DNA of 64,000 nt from Candidatus Latescibacterota bacterium (GTDB lineage: Bacteria > Latescibacterota > UBA2968 > UBA8231). Both the position numbers and the translations under genes were made by a program. Where the stretch lies: NCBI GenBank assembly GCA_965217585.1, contig OZ244561.1:1216001-1280000 (forward strand), read 5' to 3'. Below, one piece after another: positions 9,099 through 17,579 of this stretch (positions are counted from its first letter, which is position 1; each line of letters opens with the position of its first letter). The notes beneath the pieces are model-generated. The model was not told the origin of the DNA and did no database searches. It was given only the letters and a program-made list of their open reading frames with translations.

Positions 9099-10730
9099 AT
9101 GCCCATCCTCTCCCCCACCCACCTTACCGCCATCGCCCGCCGTCGCCGCCTCATAGTCAATTTCGACGTGACCTTTGCGATTAATGTGCAGCATCGTCGC
9201 AGTCCGGATCGGCCCGATCTCGTAGAGCATTTGTTCGAGTTTGCCGACGCGCCCGGGTCGCAGATCGACAGCATTTGGTGGAACTGGGGCGAGGGGAATC
9301 AAGCGCCCTATCCGAGTGAACACTTGCCGCTGTACGACCATCCGCTCTATCAAAAGTGGGCGGACGAAGGGACGGATATCGTCGGCCAAGTCCTCGCGGC
9401 CACCCATCGCCGCGGCCTAGAGTGCTTCTTTTCGCATCGCATGAACGGCTCGGACAACGACCTCGGCCCGTTTGCGCGCATCCCCGCGAAAGTTGCGCAT
9501 CCCGACTGGCTCTTTCGCACGCCTTGGTGTACGCACGCGGACAACGGCTATTGGAATTTCGCCTTGCCCCAAGTACACGACTACGTCCTGCGCAACTTGC
9601 GCGAAGTGATTGAGCGCTGGCCTTTTGATGGGATGGAATTGGACTTTGCCCGCGGGGTCGTCTTTCCCGCCGGCCAAGGCTGGCCCAACCGCGAGCGGCT
9701 GACTGAATTCATCGCCCGGCTGCGGGAATTATCGTTGGCCGTGAGCGAGCGGCGCGGACGCCCTTTTCTCCTCGCCGCCCGCATCCCCGAGACGCTCGTT
9801 GGCTGCCGCTTCGACGGGATCGATGTCGAGCGCTGGGTCGGCGAGCAATTGATCGACCTGCTGGCTCTCGGCGTGCGCTCTTTTGAGGTGGATTTGGCGG
9901 ATTTCCGGCACGTGGTCGCGGGCACCGAGGTCAAGCTCTATCCGTCCCTCGACGATCACCACGCTACGGACGGCTACCAAAATCCCGGCATCGAGGTGCT
10001 GCGCGGAGTGGTGGCCAATTGGTGGCGTCAAGGCGCAGACGGCATCCACACCTTCAACTTCAACTACGCAACCGACACCCCGTACGCCGGTCAAGATTGG
10101 GCCAGCCATCGCCAAGCCTACCAAGAGTTAGGCGCGGTCGAAACTCTCGTCGCCAAGGCCAAGCGCTTCGTCGTCCAGCGTCGCGGGGGCGGACACGGCC
10201 CCACCGTGATACCCAACCCCGAGGATTGGGCAACCCCGAGGCACAACTACGCCAACACCAACATGCTGGCCCAACTGCCCGCGGCCGTGCCCAACGACGG
10301 ACACACCGATCTCCTGCTGCAAATACACGTGGGGCTCGACCTAGCCGCCGAGCGCATCGCCGCAGCCGAGTTGCGCCTCCTGCTATCCGATCCGGGCGCA
10401 GCGGACTTGCCCGCGGACCAACGCCTGCCGCCGGTGCAAGTAGCGACCATCGGTCATCCCGACGGAGAACTCGTCAATATCCCGGCGGCGCAAGGGGTGG
10501 AACGAACCGTGCAGATACGGCTGAACAATGCGTTGCTGGAACAGCCGACCGTGGACGATGGCTGGTTGGTCTGGCCGGTCGAGGGGATGCTCTTGGCGGC
10601 CGGCGAGAATCTGGTCGGCATCAGCGCCCAAGGACGGGCACTCGACGCGTCGCAGTTCGTCGTTGAAAAGCTGGAAATAGCTGTGGGGTGTGAGGTCGAG
10701 ATTTTCGCCTTGACCACCAATCGAGATTGA
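9099..10730 (+). CDS. GHL10-like TIM-barrel glycoside-hydrolase-like protein
   Basis: SHRMN, HPDW, WNFALPQV, DGMELDF, GADGIHTFN. Confidence 0.65.
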   Translation: MPILSPTHLTAIARRRRLIVNFDVTFAINVQHRRSPDRPDLVEHLFEFADAPGSQIDSIWWNWGEGNQAPYPSEHLPLYDHPLYQKWADEGTDIVGQVLAATHRRGLECFFSHRMNGSDNDLGPFARIPAKVAHPDWLFRTPWCTHADNGYWNFALPQVHDYVLRNLREVIERWPFDGMELDFARGVVFPAGQGWPNRERLTEFIARLRELSLAVSERRGRPFLLAARIPETLVGCRFDGIDVERWVGEQLIDLLALGVRSFEVDLADFRHVVAGTEVKLYPSLDDHHATDGYQNPGIEVLRGVVANWWRQGADGIHTFNFNYATDTPYAGQDWASHRQAYQELGAVETLVAKAKRFVVQRRGGGHGPTVIPNPEDWATPRHNYANTNMLAQLPAAVPNDGHTDLLLQIHVGLDLAAERIAAAELRLLLSDPGAADLPADQRLPPVQVATIGHPDGELVNIPAAQGVERTVQIRLNNALLEQPTVDDGWLVWPVEGMLLAAGENLVGISAQGRALDASQFVVEKLEIAVGCEVEIFALTTNRD

Positions 10731-10898
10731 CGACCGTTTGGGCTTTGCTCTGGCGTTGGTTTTCGCGCGATTGTCCGGGTTCGCGGAAAGAAAGCGGAGA
10801 TAGACTAATGATAACACGTTTACTAATTCGTCTTTTCTCTCTGGTAGCGGTCGTTATAACGATCCCCAACCCATCACTACCACCGCCCCCGATTGTCC

Positions 10899-10950
10899 GC
10901 CTAGCAAACTGCGCTAGGCTCTAACCTACGCGCGGCAAACTGCGCCGCGC
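10899..10950. repeat. Twin hairpins with identical AAACTGC loops
   Basis: gcctagc-aaactgc-gctaggc (10899-10919) and gcgcggc-aaactgc-gccgcgc (10930-10950). Confidence 0.7.
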
Positions 10951-11223
10951 TCCCTATCACGCCGTCGCTTCATTCCCTCCCCCAATGAAGTGTTCCGGTA
11001 CTGCACGCATTGAGGCCGGAGAGAGAGCCGAACAGTGGGCACCCGCAGGAGAGGCCGGAGCATAGCCCCCCATTGCCCCAAGCGACACGCGGATAGCAAC
11101 TGCCAAAGACGGGGAAATCGGAAGCTGCTGGCGCAGATTTTTTGTTGGTGGAGCTGCGAAAGTTTCCCCGGTCCTGTCGATCCTATACTTTTGAGCAGAA
11201 ACCTAACACAAAAAGGATTTGCG

Positions 11224-11970
11224 ATGCACGAACGAATAGCGAAGATATTGTCGACTGCACATGAAAATCCGGGACGGATTCGACCCACGGAGCTTTACAA
11301 CGAAGGCTGGATGCTACGGTTGTTGCTCGACTGGGTTGAAGCCCATCCTGAATCTGACCACGAACTATCGTTACGTTCTGGTGCCCGCTGGTATTCGGAG
11401 GCGCTCCTGCCATCTCAATTCAAAGGCTACCGTGGACTCGGTGAGGGCTGGACGAGCGCCGATGGCGTCGCCGGGCACTTCGACATCGGCTGTCGTCACA
11501 AGGGAGCCCTTACGCTTGCAGCGGATGCATCCCAGTTCGTCGTCATTGAGGCCAAGATGTTTAGCCCCCTATCCTCGGGCACGAAAAACGCGCCTGATTA
11601 CAACCAAGCTGCAAGGAACGTCGCCTGCATTGCCCAAGTGTTGAAAGAAGCACAGCGCACACCGGACTCGATGGAGTCTGCTTTGGCGTTCTATGTCGTT
11701 GCACCCCAAGAACAGATCGAAGATGACATATTCCGCGACGAGGATGGGAAGGATATCGTCGAACGCGGGGCCATCCGCAGGTGCGTCGAGCAGCGCGTCG
11801 AGTCCTACGAGGCGCGGGGTGACTGCTCTAAGCGGACTTGGTTTGAGGAGTGGTTCACGCCAACCCTCAAAGTCATCAAACTTGGGCTGCTGTCTTGGGA
11901 AGAGTTGATCCTTCCCGCAGGGAGCAGATACAAAGAATTCTACGAGCGATGCCTGAAATTCAATAAATAA
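11224..11970 (+). CDS. Hypothetical protein, putative PD-(D/E)XK nuclease fold
   Basis: TSADG...VIEAKM...NQAAR pattern; ATG after aaagga. Confidence 0.6.
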   Translation: MHERIAKILSTAHENPGRIRPTELYNEGWMLRLLLDWVEAHPESDHELSLRSGARWYSEALLPSQFKGYRGLGEGWTSADGVAGHFDIGCRHKGALTLAADASQFVVIEAKMFSPLSSGTKNAPDYNQAARNVACIAQVLKEAQRTPDSMESALAFYVVAPQEQIEDDIFRDEDGKDIVERGAIRRCVEQRVESYEARGDCSKRTWFEEWFTPTLKVIKLGLLSWEELILPAGSRYKEFYERCLKFNK

Positions 11971-12043
11971 AAACTACGAGATGGTGTCGATTGAGCGGGA
12001 AATCTTTACCGAGGAAGCCATTGGTCCTTGGTAGCACCCGGGC

Positions 12044-12071
12044 ATTAACGAAAATTTACTTTATCGGTAGT
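12044..12071 (+). other. Putative tyrosine-recombinase site A (11-6-11)
   Basis: attaacgaaaa-tttact-ttatcggtagt. Confidence 0.7.
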
Positions 12072-12145
12072 ATTATTGCGGGCGGCCTGACGGGGATATT
12101 CAGATCGCTTCTCAACGCCCTTCTTCAAGGAGGAAAGAGACGACT

Positions 12146-13285
12146 TTGATGTGGGGAATACTCGTTGCGGCTTTGATCTTTGGGAGCCTAGGGGCCAACG
12201 CCAATGAGGGCCGTACGCCGCTGCACCTTGCGGCGGTGATGAATGATTTTGCGACGGCCAAGGTCTTGCTTAGGGCGGGAGCCGATGTCAACGCCAAAAC
12301 TGATGAGGGCGCTACGCCGCTGCACCTTGCGGCGATGAGGAATGCTTCTGAGACGGCTGAGGTCTTGCTTAGGGCGGGAGCCGATGCCAACGTCAACGCC
12401 AATGAGGGCAACACGCCGCTACACCTTGCGGCGATGTGGGATGCTTCTGAGACGGCCAAGGTCTTGCTTAAGGCGGGAGCCGATGCCAACGTCAAAGACA
12501 GTGAGGGCACTACGCCGCTGCACGTTGCGGCGATGGAGAATGCTGTTGCGACGGCTGAGGTCTTGCTTAAGACGGGAGCCGATGTCAACGCCAAAAACAA
12601 TGAAGGCTATACGCCGCTGCACGTTGCGGCGATGTGGGATGCTTCTGCGATGGCTGAGGTCTTGCTCAAAGAGGGAGCCGATGTCAATGCCAACGCCAAT
12701 AGGGACACTACGCCGCTGCACGTTGCGGCGGTGAAGAATGCTTCTGAGACCGCCGAGGTTTTGCTTAAGGCGGGAGCCGATGTCAACGCCAAAACCAATG
12801 AAGGCTATACGCCGCTGCACGTTGTGGCGGAGAAGAATGCTTTTGCGACGGCTGAGGTCTTGCTCAAGGCGGGAGCCGATGTCAACGCCAACGCCAATGA
12901 GGGCGTTACGCCGCTGTACATTGCGGCGATGGAGAATGCTGTTGCGACAGCCAAGGTTTTGCTTAAGGCGGGAGCCGATGTCAACGCCACCAACGCCAAT
13001 GAGGGCGCTACGCCGCTGCACATTACGACGGTGGAGAATGCTGTTGCGACAGCCAAGGTTTTGCTTAAGGCGGGAGCCGATGTCAACGCCAAAACCAATG
13101 AAGGCTATACGCCGCTGCACGTTGTGGCGGTGAAGAATGCTGTTGCGATGGCTGAGGTCTTGCTCAAGGCGGGAGCCGATGCCAACGCCAAAGACAATGA
13201 GGGCAACACGCCGCTGCACCTTGCGGCGATGGTGAATGCTTCTGAGACCGCCGAGGTCTTGGGTCGTTACGGTGCCCGACGCTGA
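12146..13285 (+). CDS. Secreted ankyrin-repeat protein (11 repeats)
   Basis: Signal peptide followed by 11 G-x-TPL(H/Y)...LL-x-x-GAD repeats; ~99-bp DNA tandem repeats. Confidence 0.95.
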   Translation: MMWGILVAALIFGSLGANANEGRTPLHLAAVMNDFATAKVLLRAGADVNAKTDEGATPLHLAAMRNASETAEVLLRAGADANVNANEGNTPLHLAAMWDASETAKVLLKAGADANVKDSEGTTPLHVAAMENAVATAEVLLKTGADVNAKNNEGYTPLHVAAMWDASAMAEVLLKEGADVNANANRDTTPLHVAAVKNASETAEVLLKAGADVNAKTNEGYTPLHVVAEKNAFATAEVLLKAGADVNANANEGVTPLYIAAMENAVATAKVLLKAGADVNATNANEGATPLHITTVENAVATAKVLLKAGADVNAKTNEGYTPLHVVAVKNAVAMAEVLLKAGADANAKDNEGNTPLHLAAMVNASETAEVLGRYGARR

Positions 13286-13365
13286 ATCCTCAACTTACTT
13301 AACGGCTCTCAATTCGACTTCCGCGACCTCTCCTTGTGTGGATAGTGCTGTAATTATCAAGTCGA

Positions 13366-13393
13366 ATCCTAATCAAGCGGGCTTATCGGTAGT
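13366..13393 (+). other. Putative tyrosine-recombinase site B
   Basis: atcctaatcaa-gcgggc-ttatcggtagt; left arm degenerate. Confidence 0.6.
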
Positions 13394-13650
13394 AAAAAAT
13401 CTGCGCCTACCCACAAACCAGCTCCGGGGCCTTGCTTCCGCCTCGCGCTTCGTCGATCTCGACCAGGCCGCACCCAAAGGAATGGGCCAACCGCCTCAGC
13501 CATTAGAGGCGATTACAGGGCCTTGACAGGGTTTAAACGGGACCGGGAAATTCTCGGCAGCACATCACCACCAACAAATCAAGGCGAAGCTGGTGCCGAT
13601 GGATCGTCGGCATCGACTTCGCTGGCAATTTGCCTTGAAAGGATTGCAGT

Positions 13651-13881
13651 ATGCAGAAATCTAACCCCGGAGCGGCTGCCTGCCTTGCTATCTTTGCCCA
13701 GACGCTCAGCGAAACAGAGCGTCAAAAATTACGGGAAAATTGCGAGTTACTTTTCCGTCTATTAGGCGAGGGCGCTGCCGAGGGCGCTACCGAGGGAGAC
13801 GACAACGAAGCGGCCGAGACCCTAATCCTTGCCGGACGCTACCTTGAGCTATTGGAGCAGAAAAAATCTAAGTATTGGTAA
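13651..13881 (+). CDS. Small hypothetical protein (76 aa)
   Basis: RBS aaagga; the only credible gene between sites B and C. Confidence 0.55.
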   Translation: MQKSNPGAAACLAIFAQTLSETERQKLRENCELLFRLLGEGAAEGATEGDDNEAAETLILAGRYLELLEQKKSKYW

Positions 13882-13909
13882 GAGGTTCAGGGCCGTTAGG
13901 GGCGCTCAG

Positions 13910-13937
13910 ATTTGGACTAATTCACTTTATCGGGAGT
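13910..13937 (+). other. Putative tyrosine-recombinase site C
   Basis: atttggactaa-ttcact-ttatcgggagt. Confidence 0.7.
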
Positions 13938-13976
13938 AAGACTGTCTTTTAATTTTGGCCATTGGAGGGCCTGAAT

Positions 13977-14417
13977 ATGACGATGCTTTTCCCCCTTTTG
14001 CTCCTACTGACCGCCTGCGGCGATGCGCCGACAGCCCCGGCGTGGGAACCTGAATCAAGACCATTCAACGCAGTAACTTCGATTGATGCGGGCGATTTCT
14101 TCGTGGCACGATTCCCCATCAGCAACGACGAATTTGAACACGGTCGTAATTTCGTGCTCAGTGGCAACTTCGAAGTACTCGCTGGCGGTAGTCGGGACAT
14201 TAACGCCTATGTAGTGGACGAAATTGGCTACAAGAACTTTTACAACGGGAATAACTTCAGGTCTTTTTTCTCAGCAACAAGGGTAACGACAGACCGCTTT
14301 TCTATTCCCCTCTTTCGGGCGGATACCTACTACGTCCTCTTTAGCAACCGCTTTTCTATTTTCACAGACAAAAGAGTCGATCTTAATATCGAACTCCACT
14401 ACGAAACAAAGGGGTAA
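13977..14417 (+). CDS. Hypothetical lipoprotein (beta-sandwich-like)
   Basis: Lipobox LLLLTAC; RBS ggagg. Confidence 0.75.
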   Translation: MTMLFPLLLLLTACGDAPTAPAWEPESRPFNAVTSIDAGDFFVARFPISNDEFEHGRNFVLSGNFEVLAGGSRDINAYVVDEIGYKNFYNGNNFRSFFSATRVTTDRFSIPLFRADTYYVLFSNRFSIFTDKRVDLNIELHYETKG

Positions 14418-14492
14418 CGCCGTCTTAGCTTGCGGCGCGGGCCTGCTCGGTAGTCAAGGCTCGTCGATCGCGGCCGACTAGCCGCCGGCGTA

Positions 14493-14520
14493 ACTTCCGA
14501 GAACCGGCATTATCGGGAGT
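14493..14520 (+). other. Putative tyrosine-recombinase site D
   Basis: acttccgagaa-ccggca-ttatcgggagt; arms are 9/11 inverted repeats. Confidence 0.75.
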
Positions 14521-14534
14521 AGGTGGGGCCGGTG

Positions 14535-15296
14535 CTATCGGGTCTCTGGCCATGATGGACCCATCCATTGACCGACCGCTTTGGCATATAGAGGCCAGCA
14601 ATGTTTGCGCTGCGGATAGAAGTACCCGCGGGCGTTGGGGTGGTAGGTCTGAAGCCAGAGGGCGCACCTACCCGGCTCAAGTTCGATGAAGCCGGTCTCG
14701 TAGTGAGCGTCCTTTTTGTAGTTGTCGGCACTTCTTACACTGCACTTGACATGCTCTTGGACAGTGAAACTCTCGCAGATCGCAACCTTCGCCCAGTTGC
14801 CTTGTGTCACCACAATATCCGGCTTCAGGATGCGTAGTTCTTTAGGAATGAAGCGGCGGCATTCATCAAACAACGTCCTGTCAGCCTGCCGTTTATTTTT
14901 TTTGTTCTGGGAGCACTTCGCACTGTTGACGTGGGCAAAGTAGGGCGGTGTATCGGCTATCTTGAGGCCACACTTGAATTGGCAGAGCAACTTGAGTGCC
15001 ATTTCGTGGGTGCGGTACCAATGTTTGTTCTTCTCCAGTGTCTCTACATCCGTGGCGAGGTTTTGGCAGCGGACGGCTTCGATTGTGCGTTGCTCTGGAT
15101 CTGAACAGCCTTCGCCAGAATCCAGCGAGAGGAAGAGCAAGCGCGGAAGTTGTCGTTTTTCATAATGCGGGCCTACGTAACTCGCCTTGGCTTCCGTGAA
15201 GCGCGGGGAATTGGCCTTGTTGCACTTGGGAAGCGAACAACAATGAAAGGGCGAGATTCCGTGTTCTTCGTAGAAAACGGTGAGTTTTTCGAGCAT
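14535..15296 (-). CDS. Uracil-DNA glycosylase-like superfamily protein
   Basis: YVGPHY, HVNSAKCS, ELRILKPDIVVTQG, TYHP; RBS gaggagg. Confidence 0.7.
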   Translation of the reverse strand: MLEKLTVFYEEHGISPFHCCSLPKCNKANSPRFTEAKASYVGPHYEKRQLPRLLFLSLDSGEGCSDPEQRTIEAVRCQNLATDVETLEKNKHWYRTHEMALKLLCQFKCGLKIADTPPYFAHVNSAKCSQNKKNKRQADRTLFDECRRFIPKELRILKPDIVVTQGNWAKVAICESFTVQEHVKCSVRSADNYKKDAHYETGFIELEPGRCALWLQTYHPNARGYFYPQRKHCWPLYAKAVGQWMGPSWPETR

Positions 15297-15858
15297 GCTA
15301 CCTCCTCTTGTGGTTTGGGTGAGCAGACAATCAACGTCATCCCCAAAATTCTCGCCAGACGTGCCTTTTCAGCGCCGGGGCTTCTACTCCTTCAACGGGC
15401 TGGTGATTTCTTGGCCTTTGGGCTGTTGCTGTTGGTTGCAGTTCAGCAATGGGCGGGTTGCTGGCGGGGTCTGCTTCGCTCTCTCTCGCTGCTTCGCTCT
15501 CTCGGCCTACTGGTAAAGGTCAATCGGGTGTCAAAGCAATGGGGGGCAAGCGGCCATTGCGTGAACGTAGCAACCGGGAGACGGCGGTAAAGGGGACGTG
15601 ATGGGAGGGGGCATGTCGTCGGGCTTGAATAGGCCAGCAAGGGGGGGCTGTTTGGGTCTTGGGGGCTGGCCTATGGATAATCAGGGGATGGGGTGGGATG
15701 CTGCCGGGAAAGTCCGCGTGGTTCAGCACGTAGCGCTAGCGCGTCCTCGGATAATCCACTAGGCGAGGCCCTCAATCTCCGGTGGATCCTTTGAGGCGGG
15801 CGACGGCCCCCAGCCCGGCGGCTTGGCCTCGGCTGTATCGGCCCGGCATATCCGGCGA

Positions 15859-16077
15859 TTACCAGCGACCGGCGTTTTGCAGCTCGGCCAAGCCAGCCAG
15901 CTTGTGGATGACCTCACAGGCTGATACGATGTTTTTGGAGTCGCAGCCGTTGAAAGTCAGCTTAGGCTTGGAGACTGGTCCCTCGTAGGAGAACCACCCG
16001 ACGATGATGTTGGACAAATCTTGTCCCTTGCGCTGCGCGCCGAGACCTAAGTATCCTTTGGAAGCTGCCAACCGCAT
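15859..16077 (-). CDS. Possible small hypothetical protein
   Basis: 72-aa ORF near aaaaggag; no family recognised. Confidence 0.25.
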   Translation of the reverse strand: MRLAASKGYLGLGAQRKGQDLSNIIVGWFSYEGPVSKPKLTFNGCDSKNIVSACEVIHKLAGLAELQNAGRW

Positions 16078-16404
16078 CTCCTTTTTCCAGTAGGTGCCAG
16101 CCTGCCAACCGGCTGAATCTGTTGCAAAAATAACGACTTAGGCTTGGCCAATAGGCCCTTGCCAACCCCCTGTTGGTAAGCTGCCAACCCCCAGGATGGC
16201 AATCAATGCCCAAATGTGGAGCCAAAAGAACGCGCAATCGCGGTCTTTGCCAAACCGATGTTCCCCGCGAAGGCAACCGCTATAAAAAACACAGCGAGGA
16301 AGCTCAGCAAGCGCGATTAAAGAAGGCTTAGGCCGAAGTCGATCCAACCCCCGAGATCGTCACCGACATAGACGCTTCCAGCATCCAGGAACTATCTGAC
16401 CGGC

Positions 16405-16533
16405 GCGAGCCACCGCCCCCTGCCGCAGGTCGGTCAAATCGAAGATCCGCACCTGCTGCCTCGGCGACCTGAAAGCGCGAGTCGTGGCTGGTTCGTAAAA
16501 GCACCCCGGCGCTTGTGCCAACGAACGGGCCGA
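16405..16533 (-). pseudogene. Degenerate copy of the recombinase C-terminus
   Basis: SARSLAQA...E...R...QGAVAR aligns without gaps to TAQDLAQA...E...R...QGAIAR of 16547-17473. Confidence 0.5.
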
Positions 16534-16546
16534 GTTACCCCCGGCC

Positions 16547-17473
16547 TTATTCCCGGTAGCGGTGCCGAGCAATCGCCCCTTGCCCGGCCGCTTGGCCCCT
16601 CACGTAGTGGGCGGGCATCCTAGCCGTTTCCCAGCGCCCCGCTTGCATCAATTCCGTTGTGCTGGCCCCCGCTTGTGCCAAATCTTGAGCGGTGCCGATC
16701 CGCAGGGAGTGCCCGCTGGCCCCTTCAATGCCAGCCGCGACGGCCGCGGCCTTGATTGCGAGCCTTGCCCCGTTGTCGGTAATGCGCTCTTGCCCGAGGC
16801 GGTCCCCCCGGCGCATACGACGGAACAGCGCCCCCGCGCTGAAACTGGCCACCTCGAGGTACGCGTGAAGAGCGGCAACGGTAGGCTGGCCGAGGAACAG
16901 CACGGCCCCGGCCCCTTCCTGGTCTGTTTTGGAGCTTGGCACCGTCAACCGGCCCGTGCCGTCCCCTTCAAAAGCGAGGTGCTGCACGTCGATTGCCACG
17001 GTTTCGCTTATCCGCAGCATCCCGTCCGACATCACCCGGAACAGCGCCGCATCACGCAGCCCGGCTAAGGTGCCCAGCTTGGCAGCGGTTCGGGCGATTA
17101 TCTCCACATCGACATAGCGCAGCGCGGCGACCTGGCCTCGGCCCCGGCCTTTGCCTTCTCGGCGGATCCCCGCCAGGGTGCGCGTGGTCAGCGGCCCGAC
17201 GACCGAGGGGCGACCTTCCAGCTTTTCCACGAAGCGCACGGCTTGAACGACGATCGCAAGGCTGGCCGGAGAAAGCCCGGCCCCGTGCCCTTGGGCCAAG
17301 TAATCAGCCAGGGTGGCGTCTGTGGGCGGCTGGCCGCCCAAGGCATCGGACAGGCGAGAAAGCGCGGCGCTGTATGCTTTGGCGGTGTTGGGCGCAACGC
17401 TGGCCGCTATCAGCTTTTGAGTATCCACGGCGACGGCTGGCGCGGTGTGGGTCGTGGTGGCGAGTGAGTGCAT
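16547..17473 (-). CDS. Cre-like tyrosine recombinase
   Basis: Catalytic set LRISE, SKTDQ, GHSLR, GRW, AHYV; RDAAL; N-terminal NTAKAY; no IntI-specific insertion seen. Confidence 0.93.
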   Translation of the reverse strand: MHSLATTTHTAPAVAVDTQKLIAASVAPNTAKAYSAALSRLSDALGGQPPTDATLADYLAQGHGAGLSPASLAIVVQAVRFVEKLEGRPSVVGPLTTRTLAGIRREGKGRGRGQVAALRYVDVEIIARTAAKLGTLAGLRDAALFRVMSDGMLRISETVAIDVQHLAFEGDGTGRLTVPSSKTDQEGAGAVLFLGQPTVAALHAYLEVASFSAGALFRRMRRGDRLGQERITDNGARLAIKAAAVAAGIEGASGHSLRIGTAQDLAQAGASTTELMQAGRWETARMPAHYVRGQAAGQGAIARHRYRE

Positions 17474-17501
17474 AGCGTCCCCTTGGGCAAAAGGCCAACT
17501 A

Positions 17502-17529
17502 ACTTCGACTAATGGTAACTATCGGTGAT
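17502..17529 (+). other. Putative tyrosine-recombinase site E, recombinase-proximal
   Basis: acttcgactaa-tggtaa-ctatcggtgat, 29 bp upstream of the recombinase start. Confidence 0.65.
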
Positions 17530-17545
17530 ATTAAAGGCTTTTTCG

Positions 17546-17579
17546 ATACCTTTTTGGTGCTTTCCGACCAAAAAGGTAT
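17546..17579. other. Perfect 13-8-13 palindrome with loxP architecture
   Basis: ATACCTTTTTGGT-gctttccg-ACCAAAAAGGTAT. Confidence 0.7.

Noticed and set aside
12200-13260. Regular ~99-bp repeats suggestive of a CRISPR array or DGR
   Set aside because: They are in-frame ankyrin coding repeats with no unique spacers, no cas genes and no reverse transcriptase.
15744-15771. Additional array site (tcctcggataa-tccact-aggcgaggccc) and the half-site actaccgaatt at 17673
   Set aside because: Only one arm resembles the consensus; too degenerate to call without a PWM.
16547-17473. Classical integron (IntI + attC)
   Set aside because: The recombinase has Cre-type motifs and no IntI insertion. Weak attC-like stretches (14415-14494, 28134-28211) lack convincing R/L box pairing.
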